Assembly: GCA_027036355.1 (NCBI GenBank)
Contig: JALVQZ010000101.1
Coordinates: forward strand, 1-40,560
DNA length: 40,560 nt
From: Acidimicrobiia bacterium
GTDB lineage: Bacteria; Actinomycetota; Acidimicrobiia; Spongiisociales; UBA5794
Reading direction: 5' to 3'
Under the pieces are notes generated by a model that did no database searches, was not told the DNA's origin, and saw nothing but the letters and a program-made list of their open reading frames with translations. A program made the position numbers and the translations under genes. This document shows positions 8,038 to 17,880 of this stretch, one piece after another; position 1 is the stretch's first letter, and the number at the start of each line of letters is the position of its first letter.

Positions 8038-9856
8038 ATGGCGCTCCCCGACCCCGAACGCGACGTCACGTCGTTCTGGTCCGTCGTTCGCGGCGGTGCC
8101 CGCCTCATCGGCCGTTTCGTCCGCTGGCACCCCTGGGCCTTCACGCTCGCCGTCGCCGGCGCCGGCGTGTTCGTGTCGGCCATCGTGGCGTCGGCCGTCG
8201 TCGTCGGTCGGGTGTCCGACCTCGTGATCATCCCGGTACTCGGTGGGGGAGCGCCTCCGGACCGGAGGCTGTGGTGGGCGGTCGCGGCGATCGTCGCGGT
8301 GTCGTTGTGGAAGGCCGCCGGGATCACCCTGCGGCGGACCGCGGCGTCGTGGCTGCAGTACCGAACCCGCGCCGATGCCCGCCAGAAGCTCATCGATCAC
8401 CAGCTCACCCTCGATCTGGCCTGGCACGATTCCCGTTCGACGGGCGACCTGATGTCGATCTCCGAGGTCGGACACCCAACAGGGGACCTTCGTCCTGGCG
8501 CCGCTGCCGTACGCCACCGGCGCGTCCTTCCTGCTGGTGGCCACCATCGTGCTGGTCGCCATCATCGATCCACTCCTCGGGCTCGTCGCCCTCGTCGGGC
8601 TCACCGTCGTCGTCGGTGTCGACGTGTTCGGGGCGTTCTCGATGTTCGACGACTTCGAGGCCTCCCAGTCCCTCCGGGGCGAAGTCGGTCGGGTCGCCCA
8701 CGAGAGCTTCGATGGAGCCCTCACCGTCAAGGCCCTGGGGCGAGAACGGACCGAGGAGGAACGGTTCCGCAGGGCCGCCGATCGCCTCCGCGACAAGCTC
8801 ATCGAGGTCGGCGTCCGCTTCGCCTCGTTCCGGGCCTGGGTCGAAGCCCTTCCCGCGCTCGTGACCCTGGCGATCCTCGTCCTCGGGGCGTTCCGCGTGG
8901 CCGCCGGCGCGGTCACTCCGGGCCAGCTCGTCACCGTCGCCTACCTCGTGACCCTCATGGCGTTCCCGCTGCAGCTCCTCGGCTTCGTCATCTGGGAGAT
9001 GGCCCACTCGCAGGCCGCGTGGACCCGGGTCCAGGAGGTGCTGGACGCCGGAGAGGTCGTCGAACACGGTCCGATCGTCGCCGCCGACGTCGAGGAGGGC
9101 ACGGCGTTGCGTTCCGACGCGGTGACCTTCGCCTACCCCGGTGGACCGCCGGTCCTCACCGACGTTCGCCTCCACGTCGAACCGGGAACCACCGTCGCGC
9201 TCGTCGGCCCCACCGGCTCGGGGAAGTCGACGCTGGCGATGCTCTTCGCTCGTCTGTGGGATCCGGTCGACGGCACCATCACGCTCGACGGCCGCGACGT
9301 CCGTTCGTTCGCCCGGTCCGAGCTTCCCCGCGAGGTCGCGTACGTGGCCCAGGACGCGTTCTTGTTCGACGACACCGTACGAGGCAACATCCTGCTCGGC
9401 ATCGACGCGCCCGAAGGGGAGTTCCTCGCCGCCGCGCGCCTGGCCGGGGTCGATCGGTTCATCCCCGAGCTTCCCGCCGGGTACGGGACCCGGATCGGCG
9501 AACGGGGCACCGCCCTGTCGGGAGGTCAGCGCCAGCGGGTCGCGCTGGCTCGGGCGCTCGTCCGGCGGCCACGCCTGCTCGTCCTCGACGACGCGACCTC
9601 GGCGGTGGATCCCTCGGTCGAAGCCCAGATCCTGCGTCGACTCAAGGGCTCCGAGTTGCCGTCGACGATCGTGCTCGTCGCCTACCGGCGATCGTCGATC
9701 CTGCTGGCCGACGAGGTGGTGTTCATCGACGAGGGGCGCATCGCCGGACACGGAAGCCATACCGAGCTGCTCGACATCCCCGGCTACCGGCGCCTCCTCG
9801 AAGCGTACGCCGAGGACGCCGACGCCCGCGGGGAGGTCTCCGATGCGCGCGCCTGA
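8038..9856 (+). pseudogene. ABC exporter fused permease/ATPase subunit 1, reading frame broken by an apparent 1-nt insertion near 8470
   Basis: The N-terminal TMD reads in frame 1 from ATG 8038 (MALPDPERD...HDSRSTGDLMSISEV). The rest reads in frame 2 (DTQQGTFVLAPLPYATGASFLLVATIVLV... through Walker A GPTGSGKST, signature LSGGQRQR, Walker B LLVLDDATS) to the stop at 9856. Frame 2 has a TGA at 8450-8452, so the switch must lie between 8453 and about 8476. Confidence 0.75.
8467..8473 (+). other. Probable frameshift site (GTCGGAC where GTCGAC would restore the frame)
   Basis: Deleting one G gives ...LMSISEVDTQQGTFVLAPLPYATG..., a continuous ABC TMD sequence. Confidence 0.55.
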
Positions 9857-11636
9857 CGGGACGGTCACGACGCTGCGAAGGGCGTTCGCGGTGGCTCCGG
9901 CGTTGGCGCGGGGTCTCCGTCTCACCCTGGCCCTGGCGGTCGTCGGGACCGCCCTCCAGATCGTCGTCCCGATCACCGTCCAGCAGATCGTGGACACCGA
10001 ACTGCTCGCGCCCGGCGGCGTCGACACCGGCGGCGTCCTGACACGAGGAGGGATCGCCTTCCTCGCGGTCGTCCTCGCTGCGGTCGCCCGCCGTGCCTCG
10101 CTGGCTCGGTTGGCTCGCTCGTCGGCGAGGGGACTGTCGGATCTTCGGGTGATCGTGTTCGGTCACCTGCACCGGCTCTCGGCCCTCCACGTGCAAGGGG
10201 AACGTCGCGGGGCGTTGGTGTCGCGGGTGACCTCGGACATCGAGACCATGCAGGCGTTCATGGAGTGGGGCGGCGTCGGCCTGATCCTCGGCACCGCCCA
10301 GGTGGTGCTGGCGATGCTGGTGATGGTCGCCTACCGGTGGCAGCTCGCCGCCGTCGTTTTCGTGGGCGTGACGATCTACGCCATCGCGTTGGTGTGGTTC
10401 CAGCAGATCCTGCGCTCGGCCCACGACCGTGTCCGGCGACGGGTCGCCGATTCGCTCGCCGCGATCGGCGAAGCCACCACCGGTCTGCCCACCGTTCGAG
10501 CCTTCGGCATGGAGCAGGTGACCCTCGCCAAGGTCGGAGACCGGCTCGAAGACCAGTTCCGAGCCGAGTACTCGACCGCCGCCCTCGGCGCCGCCCTGTT
10601 CTCCTCCGCCGAAGTGTTCAGCGGTCTCCTCACCGCCGGCGTGGTGGCCGTCGGGGTCCTCTTCGGCCCCCGCTGGGGGATGTCGGCGGGCGTGCTCATC
10701 GCCTTCCTGTTCCTTGTGAACCTCCTCGTCGAACCGGTCCAGATGCTCGTCGAGACGGTGAACCAGGCCCAGTCGGCCGGCGCCGGGCTTCGCAAGGTCC
10801 TCGGGGTGCTCGACACCGCCATCGACGTCCCCGACCCGGTCGGCGGCGACGAGCTGCCGGCGGGAGGTCTGGACCTGTCCGTCGTCGACGTCCGGTTCCG
10901 ATACGATGACGGTCCGGAGGTGCTGCACGGGATCACCGTGGACATCCCGGCCGGACGTCGCGTCGCCGTGGTCGGGGAGACCGGGTCCGGCAAGACGACG
11001 TTCGCCAAGCTCCTCACCCGGTTGATGGACCCCACCTCCGGGTCGATCCTCCTGGCAGGGATACCGATCGACTCGGTGCCGTTCGCCTCGCTCCGAAGCC
11101 GGGTCGCCTACGTCCCCCAGGAGGGCTTCCTCTTCGAGGGGACCGTCGCCGACAACGTCCGCTACGGACGACCCGAGGCGAGCGACGACGAGATCGACGG
11201 CGCGTTCGACCTCCTCGGCTTGAGCGGATGGATCGACAGCCTGCCCGAAGGGATCCACACCCAGGTCGGGGAACGAGGCGCGAACCTGTCCGCCGGTGAG
11301 CGCCAGCTCGTCGCGCTCGCCAGGGCCGCCATCGCCGATCCGGATCTCCTGGTACTCGACGAAGCCACGTCGGCGGTCGACCCTGCGCTCGAGGTCGGTC
11401 TCCGCAACGCGATCGAGCGCCTGAGCGAAGGGCGCACCTCGGTGACGATCGCCCATCGCCTGTCGACGGCGGAAGCTGCCGATGAGGTGCTCGTCTTCGA
11501 CGACGGCCGCCTCGCCGAGCGCGGACCACACCGTGAACTCGCCACCGCCGGCGGCGTCTACGCGGCGCTGTACCGGGACTGGGAAGGCGCGACGTCGACA
11601 CGCTCCGGCCCTTCCGGCGGTGACCTCCGGCCCTGA
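9843..11636 (+). CDS. ABC exporter fused permease/ATPase subunit 2
   Basis: ORF 9141..11636, trimmed to ATG 9843 (MRAPDGTVTTLRRAF...), with GGGGAGGT upstream. It overlaps the subunit-1 stop by 14 nt. Walker A GETGSGKTT, non-canonical signature LSAGERQL, Walker B LLVLDEATSAVD. Confidence 0.85.
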   Translation: MRAPDGTVTTLRRAFAVAPALARGLRLTLALAVVGTALQIVVPITVQQIVDTELLAPGGVDTGGVLTRGGIAFLAVVLAAVARRASLARLARSSARGLSDLRVIVFGHLHRLSALHVQGERRGALVSRVTSDIETMQAFMEWGGVGLILGTAQVVLAMLVMVAYRWQLAAVVFVGVTIYAIALVWFQQILRSAHDRVRRRVADSLAAIGEATTGLPTVRAFGMEQVTLAKVGDRLEDQFRAEYSTAALGAALFSSAEVFSGLLTAGVVAVGVLFGPRWGMSAGVLIAFLFLVNLLVEPVQMLVETVNQAQSAGAGLRKVLGVLDTAIDVPDPVGGDELPAGGLDLSVVDVRFRYDDGPEVLHGITVDIPAGRRVAVVGETGSGKTTFAKLLTRLMDPTSGSILLAGIPIDSVPFASLRSRVAYVPQEGFLFEGTVADNVRYGRPEASDDEIDGAFDLLGLSGWIDSLPEGIHTQVGERGANLSAGERQLVALARAAIADPDLLVLDEATSAVDPALEVGLRNAIERLSEGRTSVTIAHRLSTAEAADEVLVFDDGRLAERGPHRELATAGGVYAALYRDWEGATSTRSGPSGGDLRP

Positions 11637-11690
11637 GCCGCCGACGCCGCGGTCGGTACCCTGGAAGGACAGCCGACCGAGGAGGACGAC

Positions 11691-14096
11691 ATGGCTTCGA
11701 CCTACATCCGGTGGTTCGAGGAGATCGGGATCGACGACGTCCCCCTCGTCGGCGGCAAGAACGCCTCCCTGGGAGAGATGTACCGCCACCTGTCGGGCGC
11801 CGGCGTGCTCGTCCCCCACGGGTTCGCCGTCACCGCCCAGGCGTACCGGGACATGCTCGAGCGCGCCGGCGCATGGGAACGGCTCCATGCCGTGCTCGAC
11901 GGCATCGACAAGTCGGACCTGGACGACTTCGCCCGCCGGGCTCGACGGGCTCGCGAGATCGTCTACGGCGCCGGGATCCCCGACGACATGCGAGATGAGA
12001 TCCTCGGCGCCTACCACCGGCTCCAAGACGAGTACGGCCCGGACATGTCGGTGGCGGTCCGGTCGTCGGCGACCGCCGAGGACCTGCCGACGGCCAGCTT
12101 CGCCGGCCAGCAGGAGACCTACCTCAACATCCAAGGCGACGACCTGGTGATCGACGCCTGCCGCCGGTGTTTCGCGTCGCTGTTCACCGATCGATCGATC
12201 TCGTACCGGATCGACAACGGCTTCGACCACTTCTCGGTCGCGTTGTCGATCGGCATCATGAAGATGGTCCGCTCCGACCTGGCGTCGAGCGGGGTCATGT
12301 TCTCCCTCGACACCGAAACCGGCTTCCGGGATGTCGTGTTCATCACCGGCTCGTACGGTCTCGGCGAGAACGTCGTCCAAGGCGCCGTCGATCCCGACGA
12401 GTTCTACGTCCACAAGCCGACCTACGAGAAGGGCTACCGGGCCGTGCTCCGTCGCATGCTGGGGAGCAAGAAGATCAAGATGATCTTCGCCCACGGCCGG
12501 CACGGCGAGACCACCCGCAACGTTCCCACCCCCCGAGCCGACCGGGAGCGCTACTGCCTGGCCGACGACGAGGTGCTCACCCTCGCCGGCTACGCCATCG
12601 CCGTCGAACGGCACTACTCCGAACGCAACGGCCGGCCCACGCCGATGGACATGGAGTGGGCGAAGGACGGCATCGATGGGAAGCTCTACATGGTCCAAGC
12701 CAGGCCCGAGACCGTCGCTTCGCAGCGGTCGGGAACGATCCTCGAGGAGTACCGTCTCACCGGTCGGGGGGAGGTCCTCGTCACCGGCCGTGCGGTCGGA
12801 ACGAAGATCGCCGCAGGCAACGCGCACTTCATCGCCGACGTGCATCACCTCCCCGAGTTCCAGCCCGGCGAGGTGCTCGTGGCCGACACCACCACCCCGG
12901 ATTGGGAACCGATCATGAAGACCGCCGCGGCGGTCGTCACCAACCGCGGCGGCCGGACCTGCCACGCCGCCATCGTCAGCCGGGAGCTCGGGATCCCCGC
13001 CGTGGTCGGAACCGGCAACGGCACCGAGGTCCTCGCCGACGTCGGCGACGTCACCGTGTCGTGCGCCGAAGGCGACGAGGGGAAGGTGTATCGCGGGAAG
13101 GTCCCCTTCGAGGTCCACCAGGTCGACCTGGCGGGGATGGAGCGTCCCAAGACCGAGGTCATGATCAACCTCGGCAACCCGGACATCGCGTTCGCCACCG
13201 CGATGATCCCCAACGACGGCGTCGGTCTCGCCCGGATGGAGTTCATCATCAACGAGCACATCAAGGCGCATCCGATGGCGCTGCTCCACCCCGAGAAGAT
13301 CACCAGCAAGCACGTACGCGAAGAGCTCGCACGCCTGACGCGACACGACGACGATCCGGCGGCGTTCTTCGTCCGGGAGCTGTCGGAGGGCATCGGCACG
13401 ATCGCCGCGGCGTTCTACCCCAAGCCGGTGGTCGTCCGCATGTCCGACTTCAAGTCGAACGAGTACGCCGGCCTCCTCGGCGGACGCTGGTTCGAGCCCG
13501 AGGAGGACAACCCGATGCTCGGGTTCCGGGGGGCCTCCCGGTACACCCATCCCGCCTATGCGGAGGGGTTCGGTCTCGAGTGCGCGGCGATGGAGCGGGT
13601 CCGCACGGTCATGGGTCTCGACAACGTCAGGTTGATGATCCCGTTCTGCCGGCGACTCGACGAAGCCGACCGGGTCATCGAAGCCATGGCGAGCCATGGC
13701 CTCGAACGCGGCAAGGACGGCCTCGAGATCTACGTGATGTGCGAGATCCCCAACAACGTCATCCTGATCGACGAGTTCGCGAAGCGGTTCGACGGTTTCT
13801 CCATCGGATCGAACGACCTGACCCAGCTGACCCTCGGCGTCGATCGCGACTCCGAGATCGTCGCGTTCGACTTCGACGAGCGAGATCCCGGGGTGCTGCG
13901 GATGATCGAACTGGCCGTGGAAGGGGCACGCAGGAACGAGCGCCACTCGGGGATCTGCGGCCAGGCCCCTTCGGACTATCCCGAGGTCGCCGAGTACCTC
14001 GTGGAACTGGGGATCGACTCGATCAGCCTCAACCCCGATTCGGTCCTGTCCACCACCCGGCACATCCTCGAGGTCGAGCAGCGGCTCGGTCGGTGA
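11691..14096 (+). CDS. ppsA: Phosphoenolpyruvate synthase (pyruvate, water dikinase)
   Basis: 801-aa ORF. N-terminus MASTYIRWFEEIGIDDVPLVGGKNASLGEMY. Phosphohistidine swivel-domain motif TNRGGRTCHAAIVSRELGIPAVVG. C-terminal PEP-utilising domain GFSIGSNDLTQLTLGVDRDS. Confidence 0.95.
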   Translation: MASTYIRWFEEIGIDDVPLVGGKNASLGEMYRHLSGAGVLVPHGFAVTAQAYRDMLERAGAWERLHAVLDGIDKSDLDDFARRARRAREIVYGAGIPDDMRDEILGAYHRLQDEYGPDMSVAVRSSATAEDLPTASFAGQQETYLNIQGDDLVIDACRRCFASLFTDRSISYRIDNGFDHFSVALSIGIMKMVRSDLASSGVMFSLDTETGFRDVVFITGSYGLGENVVQGAVDPDEFYVHKPTYEKGYRAVLRRMLGSKKIKMIFAHGRHGETTRNVPTPRADRERYCLADDEVLTLAGYAIAVERHYSERNGRPTPMDMEWAKDGIDGKLYMVQARPETVASQRSGTILEEYRLTGRGEVLVTGRAVGTKIAAGNAHFIADVHHLPEFQPGEVLVADTTTPDWEPIMKTAAAVVTNRGGRTCHAAIVSRELGIPAVVGTGNGTEVLADVGDVTVSCAEGDEGKVYRGKVPFEVHQVDLAGMERPKTEVMINLGNPDIAFATAMIPNDGVGLARMEFIINEHIKAHPMALLHPEKITSKHVREELARLTRHDDDPAAFFVRELSEGIGTIAAAFYPKPVVVRMSDFKSNEYAGLLGGRWFEPEEDNPMLGFRGASRYTHPAYAEGFGLECAAMERVRTVMGLDNVRLMIPFCRRLDEADRVIEAMASHGLERGKDGLEIYVMCEIPNNVILIDEFAKRFDGFSIGSNDLTQLTLGVDRDSEIVAFDFDERDPGVLRMIELAVEGARRNERHSGICGQAPSDYPEVAEYLVELGIDSISLNPDSVLSTTRHILEVEQRLGR

Positions 14097-14104
14097 CGTG
14101 GAGA

Positions 14105-14126
14105 AGCCCTCGCCGAAGCGAGGGCT
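14105..14126 (+). terminator. Possible terminator hairpin after ppsA (no U-tract)
   Basis: AGCCCTCG-ccgaag-CGAGGGCT: an 8-bp stem with a 6-nt loop, 9 nt after the ppsA stop, in a 188-nt convergent intergenic region. Confidence 0.3.
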
Positions 14127-14284
14127 CCTGATGCCCCTCCGCGGAAGGTCCCGAGGCCGCCGCCGGTGGATCACCCGAACGTATGGGTCGGTGCCGGCTC
14201 GAGATCCCCTCAGGGGTCATGTCGTGCATCGGCGTGCCGGCGCCGGAACTGAAGGGTCATCCTGACGGTCCCCTCGAGGGCTGG

Positions 14285-15625
14285 TCAGTCGTCCACCACC
14301 CCGACCTCGGCGTCTCCCACGCGCCACCGTTCCCGCGACCTCCGGCCCGCCTCGACGTCCACGAAGGCGAGCAGGATCCCTCCCAGGACCAGGAACACGA
14401 CGAGCGACCCGATGGCGAGCCGGGCCGATCCGGTGATCGTGTCCACCACCGCGAACAGCAACGGTCCCCAGATGGCCGAGAACTTCGAGAACACCGAGAA
14501 GAACCCGAAGAACTCGGCCGACGCCGCCTGGGGGATCATCGACCCGTACAGGCTGCGGCTCAGCGCCTGCACGCCGCCGAGGACCAGCCCGACGGCCGCA
14601 CCCAGGCCGATGAAGAGCATGGACGCGCCCTCGGGGATCCGGTACCCGCCGATGGTGACCAGCACCCATCCTCCGATCGCGATCAGGATCGATCGTTTCG
14701 GGCCGATCACCCGGGCCAGCCACCCGAAGGCGACCGCCCCGAACACCGCCACGAACTGCACGACGAGGAACGTCACGAGGATCGTCTCGGTCGCCAACCC
14801 CAGGGTCTCGGACGCGTACACGGAGGTGAGCGCGATGACCGTCTGCACGCCGTCGTTGTAGAGGAGGAACGCCACGACGAACAGGAGGAGTTGGCGGAAG
14901 CCGACGAGGTGGCGGGTCGTCGACAGGGTCCGACCGAAACCGGCTCTCGCCATGGCGACGAACCCGAGATGCTCGGTTCCCGCGGCGGACCGACGTGGCA
15001 GCCGGGCAAGGGCGAACACCGAGAAGGCTCCCCACCACACCCCGGACATGGCGATGCCGATCCGCTCCGCGGTGAGCCGATCGATCCCGAGACGGTCGTG
15101 GAACGCGATGACGACGACGGCGAGGAGGAGCTGGAGCCCACCTCCCGCGTACCCGAACGCGAAGCCCTTGGCGGATACCGCATCGATCGTGTCGTCGGTG
15201 GTGATCTCAGGGAGGAACGCGTTGTACATGACGTTGCCGGCCACGAAGCCGACGAACGAGATCAGGAACACCGCGAGGGCGAGCGCCACCTGCCCGGTGC
15301 CGACGAACACCACCAGGACGGTGAACGTGGCGCCCCCGTAGGCGAAGACCTGCAGGAACCGGCGTTTCGCCCCCGACAGGTCGGCGACCGCCCCCAGGAC
15401 CGGCATCGCCAGGAAGAGCACGAAGGCGCCGAACCCGACGACGGCGCCCCACAGACCCTCGCCGTCCAGGGTTCGACCGAGGAGCCGTACCCCGGACTCG
15501 GGGACGATCTGGGAGGCGAAGTAGATCGGGAACAGCACCCCGGCGCCGGCGGTGATGTACGCCGAGTTGGCCCAGTCGTACATCGCCCAACCGAAGATCG
15601 TGCGCGGGTCGTTGCGTCCAGTCAC
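14285..15625 (-). CDS. MFS transporter, UMF1/Atg22-like family
   Basis: 446-aa ORF with a GTG start. N-terminus TIFGWAMYDWANSAYITAGAGVLFPIYF is characteristic of the UMF1 family. About 12 hydrophobic segments. Confidence 0.8.
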   Translation of the reverse strand: MTGRNDPRTIFGWAMYDWANSAYITAGAGVLFPIYFASQIVPESGVRLLGRTLDGEGLWGAVVGFGAFVLFLAMPVLGAVADLSGAKRRFLQVFAYGGATFTVLVVFVGTGQVALALAVFLISFVGFVAGNVMYNAFLPEITTDDTIDAVSAKGFAFGYAGGGLQLLLAVVVIAFHDRLGIDRLTAERIGIAMSGVWWGAFSVFALARLPRRSAAGTEHLGFVAMARAGFGRTLSTTRHLVGFRQLLLFVVAFLLYNDGVQTVIALTSVYASETLGLATETILVTFLVVQFVAVFGAVAFGWLARVIGPKRSILIAIGGWVLVTIGGYRIPEGASMLFIGLGAAVGLVLGGVQALSRSLYGSMIPQAASAEFFGFFSVFSKFSAIWGPLLFAVVDTITGSARLAIGSLVVFLVLGGILLAFVDVEAGRRSRERWRVGDAEVGVVDD

Positions 15626-15654
15626 GAGGTCACCCTACGGCCCGCCGGCGGCGC

Positions 15655-16113
15655 TCAGCGGCCGATGTCCTCGTTCCACAGGTCCGGCCGCTCGGCCATG
15701 AACGCCTCCATGAGGGCCACACACCGAGGGTCGTCGGCGACCACGACCTCGACCCCACGGGCGACCAGCAGCCGTTCTCCTCCGACGTACGAGCGGTGCT
15801 CACCGATCACGACCCGCGGGATGCCGTACAGCAAGATCGCGCCGGTGCACATGTCGCACGGCGACAGCGTCGTCACCATCGTCGCTCTCCGGTACACCTC
15901 GGCCGGGAGGCGCCCGGCGTCTTCGAGCGCGTCCATCTCGGCGTGGAGGACGACGCTGCCCCGCTGGACCCGGCGGTTGTGGCCCCGGCCCACGATCGCG
16001 TCGTCGACGACGAGGACGGCGCCGATCGGGATCCCACCCTCGTCCAGCCCGGCGCGCGCCTCGGCGACCGCGGCATCGAGATGAGACCGGGCGGACCGAT
16101 CAGCGCTCGACAT
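15655..16113 (-). CDS. Cytosine deaminase, FCY1 (CMP/dCMP-deaminase fold) type
   Basis: Tail of ORF 15655..17400, trimmed to ATG 16113 with GGAGG upstream. HAEMDAL zinc motif. TTLSPCDMCTGAILLYGIPRVVIGE...RGVEVVVADDPRCVALMEAFMAERPDLWNEDIGR is near-collinear with yeast Fcy1 as I remember it. Confidence 0.85.
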   Translation of the reverse strand: MSSADRSARSHLDAAVAEARAGLDEGGIPIGAVLVVDDAIVGRGHNRRVQRGSVVLHAEMDALEDAGRLPAEVYRRATMVTTLSPCDMCTGAILLYGIPRVVIGEHRSYVGGERLLVARGVEVVVADDPRCVALMEAFMAERPDLWNEDIGR

Positions 16114-16269
16114 GGTCGACCTCCGCTCGCATCGTGTCCTTCCCTCGGTGGGGACCACCCTACGCGTCGCGGGGCTCGGCGGTCGGCGGAGGACCGGTTC
16201 GCCCCCGCGTATCATGCACCCCGTGCTGCTCGTCGCCTCATCGATCGCCGGCGCCGGATCCGGCCGCTG

Positions 16270-17181
16270 ATGCGTCCTCTCGGCGTCGGCATCCAGCTCC
16301 CCGAGGTGGAGCGGGTCGTTCCCTGGCCCGAACTCGAAACGATGGTCCGCGAGATCGAGGACCTGGGATTCGACTCGATCTGGGTGGGGGACCACCTCCT
16401 GTACGACACCCCCGAGGGCCGGCGCGGGCCGTGGGAGGCGTGGACCCAACTCGCCGCGATCGCCGCGGTCACCGAGCGGGTGACCCTCGGACCGTTGGTG
16501 GCCTCGACCAGCTTCCACGCCCCGGCGATGCTCGCCAAGCAGGCGGCCACCGTCGACGAGATCGCCGGTGGGCGCCTCGTCGTCGGCCTCGGCGCCGGAT
16601 GGAACCGGATCGAGTACGACGCGTTCGGGTTCCCGTTCGACCACCGAGCGAGCCGGTTCATCGAGTCCTTTGAGGTGATCCGGCGGATGCTGGCCGGCGA
16701 GCGGGTGGACTTCGACGGTCGGTACGTCACGGTCCAGGGAGCCGAGCTGCTGCCCCCGCCGCGTCCGGGCGGTCCGCCGCTCATGGTCGGCTCCATCGGC
16801 CCTCGGGTGCTGGACGCCACGTTGGGCCACGTGGCGATGTGGAACGCCTGGTTCTCGTGGTACGGCAACACGGCGTCGGGGATCGGGGACCTGCGCCGGG
16901 AGGTCGCGGCGGCGGCGCGTCGGACAGGCCGCGACGCCGAGGACATCGAGTACACGGCGGCGGTCCTCGTCGCCCTCCCCGGCGCCGTCGGGAGGGACAG
17001 CCACGATCACGACGACCACCGAGTGACCCCGCTGGCCGCCGACCGTCCCGGCGCCGTCGCCGACGAGCTGCGCCGGTTCGCCGAGGCCGGGATCGGCCAT
17101 GTCCAGCTCGTCGTCGACCCGATCACCGTCGAATCGATCCGGCGTCTCAGCGACGTCCTGGTGATCCTCGACCGCGGGTAG
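16270..17181 (+). CDS. LLM-class (luciferase-like) flavin/F420-dependent oxidoreductase
   Basis: ORF 15796..17181, trimmed to ATG 16270 (MRPLGVGIQLPEV...). Motifs: FDSIWVGDHLL, LGPLVASTSF, GGRLVVGLGAGW. Confidence 0.8.
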   Translation: MRPLGVGIQLPEVERVVPWPELETMVREIEDLGFDSIWVGDHLLYDTPEGRRGPWEAWTQLAAIAAVTERVTLGPLVASTSFHAPAMLAKQAATVDEIAGGRLVVGLGAGWNRIEYDAFGFPFDHRASRFIESFEVIRRMLAGERVDFDGRYVTVQGAELLPPPRPGGPPLMVGSIGPRVLDATLGHVAMWNAWFSWYGNTASGIGDLRREVAAAARRTGRDAEDIEYTAAVLVALPGAVGRDSHDHDDHRVTPLAADRPGAVADELRRFAEAGIGHVQLVVDPITVESIRRLSDVLVILDRG

Positions 17182-17190
17182 CCTCACCCC

Positions 17191-17580
17191 ATGAGCTTCG
17201 ATCCCGACTCCGATCTCCGCCGGCGCCTCAGCCCCCTCCAGTACGCGGTCACCCAGCAGGGGGAGACCGAACCGCCGTTCACGGGTGTCTACTGGGACGC
17301 CAAGGACGACGGGCTCTACCGATGCGTCGTGTGTCGTGCACCGCTGTTCAAGAGCGACACGAAGTACGACTCGGGGAGCGGATGGCCGAGCTTCTGGCAA
17401 CCCGTCTCCGACGACGCGATCGCCACCCGCACCGACACGTCACACGGCATGGTCCGCACCGAGGCGGTGTGCGGACGCTGCGGAGCCCATCTCGGGCACG
17501 TGTTCGACGACGGCCCGCAGCCGACCGGGCTTCGCTACTGCATGAACTCGGCGTCCTTGGAGCTCGACCCCGGAACCTGA
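17191..17580 (+). CDS. msrB: Peptide-methionine (R)-S-oxide reductase
   Basis: 129 aa. CxxC pairs ([21 protein letters not shown]), GWPSF, and catalytic RYCMNS. Confidence 0.95.
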   Translation: MSFDPDSDLRRRLSPLQYAVTQQGETEPPFTGVYWDAKDDGLYRCVVCRAPLFKSDTKYDSGSGWPSFWQPVSDDAIATRTDTSHGMVRTEAVCGRCGAHLGHVFDDGPQPTGLRYCMNSASLELDPGT

Positions 17581-17613
17581 TCGACGTCTCGCACCGTCGC
17601 CGGGGGTCGTCGA

Positions 17614-17880
17614 TCAGCCCAAGAGGACGATGGCGATCACGATCGCCACGACCAACGCCACCGCGGCCACGACGTCGGCGGCGGAAAGCGTTGTCGTGCG
17701 GATCGGGACGACCGAGTAGGTCATGAACCCGCACTCGTCCGGCTCCATGTCGTCGAGGTCGGGATCGTCGGACACCCGGAATCCGTGAGCGAGCATGCCC
17801 ATGCGATACGGTCCCAACGGGTTGGACGCCTCGCCTCGGGGTTCGATCGGTGAGCCTCTCCGACCCGGATGCGTTGCCAT
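17614..17880 (-). CDS. Small tail-anchored membrane protein (hypothetical)
   Basis: 88-aa ORF. The C-terminal TM segment AADVVAAVALVVAIVIAIVLLG has nearly all codons ending in G/C. An acidic segment DDPDLDDMEPDE is present. The start is uncertain (an internal M at MGMLAHGF is possible). Confidence 0.5.
   Translation of the reverse strand: MATHPGRRGSPIEPRGEASNPLGPYRMGMLAHGFRVSDDPDLDDMEPDECGFMTYSVVPIRTTTLSAADVVAAVALVVAIVIAIVLLG

Noticed and set aside
8005-10041. Single 678-aa plus-strand ORF spanning the first ABC gene
   Set aside because: Only the first ~145 codons look like an ABC TMD. After about 8470 the recognisable ABC sequence continues in another frame (8537..9856). I interpret this as a frameshifted gene, not as this ORF.
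9723-14174. 1483-aa ORF on the minus strand, the longest in the track
   Set aside because: It is entirely antisense to the well-supported ABC subunit 2 and ppsA genes. Its translation is Arg/Gly/Asp/Pro-rich low-complexity sequence with no motifs. This is a typical stop-codon-poor antisense frame in GC-rich DNA.
14097-14284. Possible tRNA or small RNA in the 188-nt ppsA/MFS convergent spacer
   Set aside because: No T-loop (GTTCGAATC-like) with matching stems and no acceptor pairing could be built. Only short hairpins are present.
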